A DNA stretch of 63,576 bases, counting the filler. It is 5 parts of 5 records of this genome, joined end to end, with 100 filler letters (N's around TTAATTAATTAA, not from the genome) between each part and the next. Parts side by side here need not be neighbours in the genome. Positions count along the whole stretch, not along the records: positions 57,572 to 63,576 come from DRR723986_5129; 4 more parts are not named here. One strand, given 5' to 3'. Within the stretch, counting starts at the first letter, position 1, and each line of letters starts with the position of its first letter. A program made the translations under genes and the position numbers. This document shows, piece after piece, positions 58,227-63,576 of this stretch. Under the pieces are notes generated by a model, which was not told the origin of the DNA, did not search any database, and saw only the letters and a list, made by a program, of their open reading frames with translations.

Positions 58227-58735
58227 CAGAACTCCGAACAGGCTTCAGGTTGGGCGGCATAAAGCCGGTAGGCGGTTTCGACGTCGTAGGTTTCACCAAG
58301 CGAGGAATAGACCCCGTCGTAGTCGTCCCCGCGGTTCATACCCACGCGCAGGTGATAGGTGGTGAATTCGATCATATCGCCATCGAACTGAGTGATCTCG
58401 AACGTGCCGCCATCGGCCTCGACCCCGCAGCCAGATGGGCGGTTGCAAAAGCCGGTCTCGGTCATGACATTGCCACCAAGCCCGTCTTGGGCCGCATGCC
58501 CCTGATCGGCCATCATCGCGATGACATTGAAATAGAGCAGACTGTCCGGCGCGCTGTCTTCCAACCGGTAAAAATTCAGCCGCAGACGTTCCACCACCTG
58601 CGATGGATACGCGGCCAGATGTTCTGCCGAATAGTCGCGCGCGAAACAGCCCATGGGGAAGGTGTCATTCGCCAAAGCCGGGATCGCGGCCATCACGCTA
58701 GTGAAGATTATGCTGAGAGCCCTTGGATTCCTCAT
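58226..58735 (-). CDS. Hypothetical secreted Cys-containing protein inserted in the sox operon
   Basis: Signal-like ...AAIPALA, CFARDY..EHL...P.Q.V, C.VEADGG; stop overlaps the soxD ATG; start uncertain. Confidence 0.7.
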   Translation of the reverse strand: MRNPRALSIIFTSVMAAIPALANDTFPMGCFARDYSAEHLAAYPSQVVERLRLNFYRLEDSAPDSLLYFNVIAMMADQGHAAQDGLGGNVMTETGFCNRPSGCGVEADGGTFEITQFDGDMIEFTTYHLRVGMNRGDDYDGVYSSLGETYDVETAYRLYAAQPEACSEF

Positions 58736-59948
58736 CCAGGATCCTCCCTGTGTTGAACCGGTCCAAACGGTGGCGGGTTGCGGCCTCGTGCGGGCGGTCG
58801 GTGGCAATCAGGTGGGCATAGCAATGACCCGAGGCGGGCGTTGCCTTGAACCCGCCATAGCACCAGCCCGCATTGACGTAGAGCCCCTCGATATGGGTCT
58901 TGTCGATGATGGGCGAGCCGTCGGACGACATGTCCATGATGCCGCCCCAAGAACGCAGCATCTTGGCCTTGCCGATCATCGGCATCAGGGTCATCCCCGC
59001 TTCCATCACATGTTCCGCAGTGGGCAGGTTCCCCCGCGCCGCGTAAGAAGCGTAGAAATCGATGTCGCCACCGAAGACCAGGCCACCCTTGTCGGATTGG
59101 CTGATGTAGAAATGGCCCATACCATAGGTGATCACGTTGTCGATGACGGGTTTCAGCCCCTCGGTGACGAAGGCCTGCAAGACAGTGCTTTCAATCGGCA
59201 GGCGCATCCCCGCCATGGCCGCCACCTGACCGGACCGGCCCGCCGCGCACATCGCAACCTTCTTGGCCCGGATCGCGCCGCGGCTGGTCTGAACGCCCAC
59301 GACCTTGCCGTTTTCGATGTCGATACCCGTCACTTCGCATTTCTGGATCAGATCAACGCCCCGCTGATCGGCCCCGCGCGCAAAGCCCCAGGCCACGGCA
59401 TCGTGTCGGGCGGTGCCGCCGCGCTTGTGGTAGAGACCGCCGAAGATGGGGAAACGGGTCTGGTCGTAGTCGAGGAACGGCATCAGCTTGCGGCAGCCGT
59501 CACGGTCCAAAAGAATCGCGTCGTCGCCCTGGCTGATCATCATGTTGGCGCGCCGCGCATAGGCGTCGCGTTGGCCATCGGAATGGAACAGGTTCACGAT
59601 CCCGCGCTGGCTGTGCATGACGTTGTAGTTCAGGTCCTGTTCCAGTCCTTCCCACAGTTTCAGAGAATGCGAATAGAACTGAGAGTTGCCTTCCAGCCCG
59701 TAATTGGCGCGCACGATGGTGGTGTTCCGACCGACGTTGCCGCCGCCCAGATAACCCTTTTCCAGCACCGCGATATTGGTCAGCCCGTGTTCCTTGGCCA
59801 GATAATAGGCCGTGGCCAGCCCGTGACCGCCACCGCCGATGATCACCGCGTCATATTCTGCCTTGGGCGACGGATCGCGCCATGCCGGTTTCCAGCCCCG
59901 GTTGCCCGACAGACCTTGCTTGATGACCTGCCAACCCGAATAGCGCAT
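58698..59948 (-). CDS. soxB: Sarcosine oxidase subunit beta
   Basis: GGGGHGLA.AYYLAK, GRNTT..R.NY, GTARHDAVAWG, GWCYGGFKATP. Confidence 0.95.
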   Translation of the reverse strand: MRYSGWQVIKQGLSGNRGWKPAWRDPSPKAEYDAVIIGGGGHGLATAYYLAKEHGLTNIAVLEKGYLGGGNVGRNTTIVRANYGLEGNSQFYSHSLKLWEGLEQDLNYNVMHSQRGIVNLFHSDGQRDAYARRANMMISQGDDAILLDRDGCRKLMPFLDYDQTRFPIFGGLYHKRGGTARHDAVAWGFARGADQRGVDLIQKCEVTGIDIENGKVVGVQTSRGAIRAKKVAMCAAGRSGQVAAMAGMRLPIESTVLQAFVTEGLKPVIDNVITYGMGHFYISQSDKGGLVFGGDIDFYASYAARGNLPTAEHVMEAGMTLMPMIGKAKMLRSWGGIMDMSSDGSPIIDKTHIEGLYVNAGWCYGGFKATPASGHCYAHLIATDRPHEAATRHRLDRFNTGRILDEESKGSQHNLH

Positions 59949-60060
59949 GACCTCTCCTTGCCCGGTCGGTGGTATAGACGGGGCGAGTGTAGTCAGGCGT
60001 TGCGGGAAAGGGAACTCAAGCGCACGACACGGGAAGGTCAGTTATCGACGTCCATGCAGA

Positions 60061-60717
60061 TCAGGACGGATCGAAATCCCAGTCGGGATCGTAGTCAGGG
60101 TCATCATCGCCTTCTTCGCTGACGTAGTAAAAGCCGTCCAGACCGGAAGGATGACCGCTGTTCGAATAGACATAGGAATTGTCCAGATCGGCAACGAAGG
60201 CCACCTGCCCGGCGAAGCGGGGGCGAGTAATGGTGAAGTTCACGAATTCCTGATCCGCCAGACCGGCGCTGAAGGCCGGACGATGCGGCAGGAAGGTTTC
60301 GATCAACAGCATTCGGTCGCCATAGGCCATGATCGGGATGCGGTCGACGAAGTCGGGAAAGTCGCTGGCCCGGATATATGTCAGACCGTCGGTGCCATGC
60401 GACCAGTCGATCCGGTAGCCGGCACTTTGCCGGGTGATCTGCGTCACGCGCAGCGACGAGCCCGCAGTGTTTCGGGTCAGGAACTGGAATACGTCTGCCA
60501 GCCCTTCGATATCGGTGCTTGAAATCTGGCTGGTTCGGCGAGACAGCACGTCAGCCACCGCATAGGTCGCCTTGATCGACGTATTGTAGACGCGGAACGC
60601 ATCGAAGAAGACAAAGCTTGCCACGAAGACCCAGGCAAGGATCGGCATCACGATGACCGCCTCCAGCGCGACCGAGGCCCTTTCGTCTCTCCAGAATGAT
60701 CTGATCATGCGCGTCAT
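60061..60717 (-). CDS. TadE/TadF-like pseudopilin with acidic tail
   Basis: RDERAS..LE...MP prepilin-like motif, YAVAD..SR, RPRF. Confidence 0.82.
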   Translation of the reverse strand: MTRMIRSFWRDERASVALEAVIVMPILAWVFVASFVFFDAFRVYNTSIKATYAVADVLSRRTSQISSTDIEGLADVFQFLTRNTAGSSLRVTQITRQSAGYRIDWSHGTDGLTYIRASDFPDFVDRIPIMAYGDRMLLIETFLPHRPAFSAGLADQEFVNFTITRPRFAGQVAFVADLDNSYVYSNSGHPSGLDGFYYVSEEGDDDPDYDPDWDFDPS

Positions 60718-60724
60718 GGCTGTA

Positions 60725-61255
60725 TCACTCCGGCTCGTTCACGAAGATGGTGGCCGCGGTGATGTGAATGGCGCCGGTGTCGTCACGGGTCAGGTCGAGC
60801 CCAAGCCCCGAGATCGGCAGAATACGGTCCACCAGTGCACAGGCGCGGATCAGCATCAGCTCGTTATCGGCACCGCCATGAAATTCATTCGCCGGATTGA
60901 CCGTCCCGGTCCGGTCCACGCATAGCGTATGATAGTCCGGCAGGTTGTAGGTGTTCTGGTCGATGACCCGCAGATCCAGCAGCAGCGATTCCTCGCAGTT
61001 GATCAGGATTGGTGTGTTCTCGCACAGATTGTCACGGATCGCGTCATGGGTGACGGACACGCCCGATGTCAGACGCAGATGACGCACGGCACTGTCAAGC
61101 GACCGTTCCATCATCACCTGACGGGTCAGAAGCATCGCGGTTTCAAAGGCAGCCACGAAAATCAGAATGATCAGCGGGAATACGATAACGAATTCCACCG
61201 TCGCATTGGCGTCCTCTCTTCGGAAGAACCGGGATATTTTGGTCAGGCCCCACAT
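60725..61255 (-). CDS. tadE: TadE-like pseudopilin
   Basis: RREDANATVEF..FP, Cys pairs, ends FVNEP. Confidence 0.85.
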   Translation of the reverse strand: MWGLTKISRFFRREDANATVEFVIVFPLIILIFVAAFETAMLLTRQVMMERSLDSAVRHLRLTSGVSVTHDAIRDNLCENTPILINCEESLLLDLRVIDQNTYNLPDYHTLCVDRTGTVNPANEFHGGADNELMLIRACALVDRILPISGLGLDLTRDDTGAIHITAATIFVNEPE

Positions 61256-61263
61256 GACATGCC

Positions 61264-62853
61264 CTACTGGATCAGCTTGAGCTGGTTGATCGACGCCGCG
61301 ATGGAGGCGAATGCTTCGGAAATTTCGATCCCTTCCGCGTCATAGTAATGGGCAGGTGTCGTGGCGCAGTATTGCATCACGCTTTCACCGCGCGAGGGCG
61401 CTTCGAATGCGATGGTGAACACGATGATTCCGGCATCGTTGGCCGCGTCGCAGATGTTGCGCAGGTTGGTATCCGCTGCATTCGACCCGGCGTAGGTCTC
61501 GATCGAATAATTGCGCAGGTCGCGGTAGTAGTCCCAGTCACCAGCGTAGTAGTAGTATTCTCCCGCCAGCATCCGCGCGGAATAGGTTCCCCAAAGTTCT
61601 GCCCACGGGATCGCCACGGCATTTGCACCGCCATAAGGGTAGGAGCTGTAGCTGTCATTGTGGTGCCAGTAGTACAGGTCATAGTTTGGCAGATAGGCTG
61701 AGGTGCGGCCGCTGCTTGGATCGCGGAACACCGTGGACGGGCCACGCTTGTATTCTTGCACCACGTCAACCTGGCTGGTGTTCTCACCATCCGTCATCAG
61801 GATGATGATCTTCAGAACCTCGGGTTCATCATAGGAATGGGGTCGCCCTTCGAAATCCTCGTCCACCTCGCCCGCGTCAATCAGGTCCGACACGGCGGAC
61901 TGCGCGGCGGGGTCGAGAAGGCCGACCGCCCATCTCATGCCAAGGTCGATTGCCGTGTTTCCGTTTGCACTCAGACTATCGACCAGCGCATGCAATTCAT
62001 CGGCGTCGTTCGACCAGGGCACAATTGCCGCATAGTCGCTGGTGGTGCAATGCGGGGTACGGAAGGTGCGATATCTCGACCGGTTGTTGTAGTCGAAATG
62101 GGCAATTCGCTCGATCGCGACATCGGGGTCGATGGCGGTGTTGTTGTAATCCGAAGGATCGAACCGGGTGCAGTTCGACTCGTCATGTTCGTCCGACAGC
62201 GTAAAGACACTGGCCAGCGTCGTGCCCGCGTTGACCTGGCTGTGATAGGGAATGATCGAGATCGAGACCTGATCTTCCTCTTCATTCGCGGCCAGCACGG
62301 TATCAATGAATTCATTGGCCGCATCGCGCATGTTGCGGATCTTGTTGTTCCAGCCCATGGAGCCGGAGATATCCAGAACCATGGAAATCTCGATATCCAT
62401 GATCCGTTCTTCCGCCGCACCGCGCGCGGGCGAGGTCAGGGCGTTCACACCGAACATGTTCATGAAATAGGATTGCAGATCCATCTCTGCATAGGCTGAC
62501 ACCCGGCGGAAGTTCAGGCCTTCATCCACATCGACGTTCAGCCGGTAATGTTCCAGGCCAGAGGTCGCGAAATAGTCGATCACGACCGCCTCCGGGTCTT
62601 CGGTCTGGTTCAGCGCCGCGGCGGCCAGAACGGCGCGGTCCAGCGTGTACTGCAACTGGGTCCGCTGTGTTTCATAGCGCATCACATCAATCGCTATCCC
62701 GCCAGCGGCCAGCATCAGGACGAACATCATCAAGGCAAAGATCGTCACCGTGCCGCGTTCGTCGCGGACGAACCCGGCCTTCTGCGGAATCTGCGCAGAT
62801 CGCTCGGGGCGGTTCTGATCGGTTGTTCGGGTCATCCCGGAAGCCTCATTCAA
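61264..62853 (-). CDS. tadG: TadG-like pilus protein with vWA domain
   Basis: RDERG..TIF, LD.AVLAAA, MIDAS DISGS, TDGEN, C..A...GI.VFTIAF; start may be 62835. Confidence 0.88.
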   Translation of the reverse strand: MNEASGMTRTTDQNRPERSAQIPQKAGFVRDERGTVTIFALMMFVLMLAAGGIAIDVMRYETQRTQLQYTLDRAVLAAAALNQTEDPEAVVIDYFATSGLEHYRLNVDVDEGLNFRRVSAYAEMDLQSYFMNMFGVNALTSPARGAAEERIMDIEISMVLDISGSMGWNNKIRNMRDAANEFIDTVLAANEEEDQVSISIIPYHSQVNAGTTLASVFTLSDEHDESNCTRFDPSDYNNTAIDPDVAIERIAHFDYNNRSRYRTFRTPHCTTSDYAAIVPWSNDADELHALVDSLSANGNTAIDLGMRWAVGLLDPAAQSAVSDLIDAGEVDEDFEGRPHSYDEPEVLKIIILMTDGENTSQVDVVQEYKRGPSTVFRDPSSGRTSAYLPNYDLYYWHHNDSYSSYPYGGANAVAIPWAELWGTYSARMLAGEYYYYAGDWDYYRDLRNYSIETYAGSNAADTNLRNICDAANDAGIIVFTIAFEAPSRGESVMQYCATTPAHYYDAEGIEISEAFASIAASINQLKLIQ

Positions 62854-63122
62854 TGTGACGAGTCACGGATCGACGCATTTCGACCCATGTTCTTCCTCGT
62901 TTAGAACAACGGCAGAATTGGGGCGGAAGAACGAAGGAAACGGGGAGTTTTAGGAGTGAGAACAATCAAATTGACGCCCTTTTTTCCGGAACATCCATGA
63001 AACTGACTGTTTCAACGACAGGTTGTCTTGCCAGCGCGCGCCAGCTGTGGTCCGCTCAAAAAATGGGCGGTTTGTAAACAAGTCAAGCTCTGTCCAAGGA
63101 ACGCGCCAAGGAGGTATTCGCG

Positions 63123-63576
63123 ATGTCCGTCACCGGAGAACCGAGTTTCCGTCAGTCAGTGGACCTGATGTTCAACAGAGCCGCGTCCCTGATGGATCTG
63201 CCGCCAGGGTTGGAAGAAAAAATCCGCGTTTGTAACGCCACTTACACGGTGCGTTTCGGTGTCCGTCTGCGCGGCGAGATAAGAACCTTCACTGGCTATC
63301 GCTCGGTCCATTCGGAACATTTCGAACCGGCCAAGGGCGGCATCCGCTACGCCCCTAACGTGAACCAGGACGAGGTAGAAGCGCTGGCGGCGTTGATGAC
63401 GTACAAATGCGCTCTGGTCGAAGCCCCCTTTGGCGGGTCGAAGGGCGGGCTGTGCATTGATCCACGCGACTACGAAGAACATGAGCTGGAACAGATCACC
63501 CGGCGCTTCGCCTATGAGCTGATCAAGCGCGACATGATCAACCCGGCGCAGAACGTGCCCGCCCCCGACATGGGCA
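63123..63576 (+). CDS. gdhA: Glu/Leu/Phe/Val dehydrogenase (glutamate dehydrogenase), truncated by window end
   Basis: Not in the ORF track. MSVTGEPSFR...KGGIRY...MTYKCA...PFGGSKGG...PAPDMG; GGAGG RBS. Confidence 0.92.
   Translation, partial: MSVTGEPSFRQSVDLMFNRAASLMDLPPGLEEKIRVCNATYTVRFGVRLRGEIRTFTGYRSVHSEHFEPAKGGIRYAPNVNQDEVEALAALMTYKCALVEAPFGGSKGGLCIDPRDYEEHELEQITRRFAYELIKRDMINPAQNVPAPDMG

Overview
The window is not one locus. It is five unrelated contigs joined by 100-bp artificial spacers (N-run + TTAATTAATTAA + N-run at 21347-21446, 29663-29762, 46596-46695, 57472-57571). Taxonomy below is inferred from gene content only. Contig 1 (1-21346), probably a Roseibium/Labrenzia-like alphaproteobacterium, holds ccmF'-ccmE-ccmI, feuNPQ-like genes, a GH32/HAD/GT4 (mannosylfructose or sucrose-type) operon, several small regulator-enzyme divergons with visible operators, and a truncated CSS-EAL gene. 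Contig 2 (21447-29662), a GC-rich Rhodobacteraceae, holds ada-like, ompA, a priming sugar transferase and rnd-lptCAB-hpf-ptsN. Contig 3 (29763-46595), Planctomycetota-like, holds a tandem GGDEF protein, a DevBCA-type exporter with a cNMP-fused ATPase and a TolC-like partner, an ECF sigma/Ser-Thr kinase/secreted protein operon and an ABC pair. Contig 4 (46696-57471), a roseobacter, holds gcvP', ybbAP/tesA, a SRAP variant with Cys2->Pro, and reductive pyrimidine catabolism genes with two RutR boxes. Contig 5 (57572-63576), a roseobacter, holds soxB-(insert)-soxD-soxA', Tad pseudopilins and gdh'. I saw no rRNA, tRNA, CRISPR array or transposase. All family calls come from recognising motifs by eye; no database search was run. 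The best leads are the Pro2 SRAP variant, the GH32-coupled compatible-solute operon, and the cNMP-gated DevBCA/TolC-like exporter.
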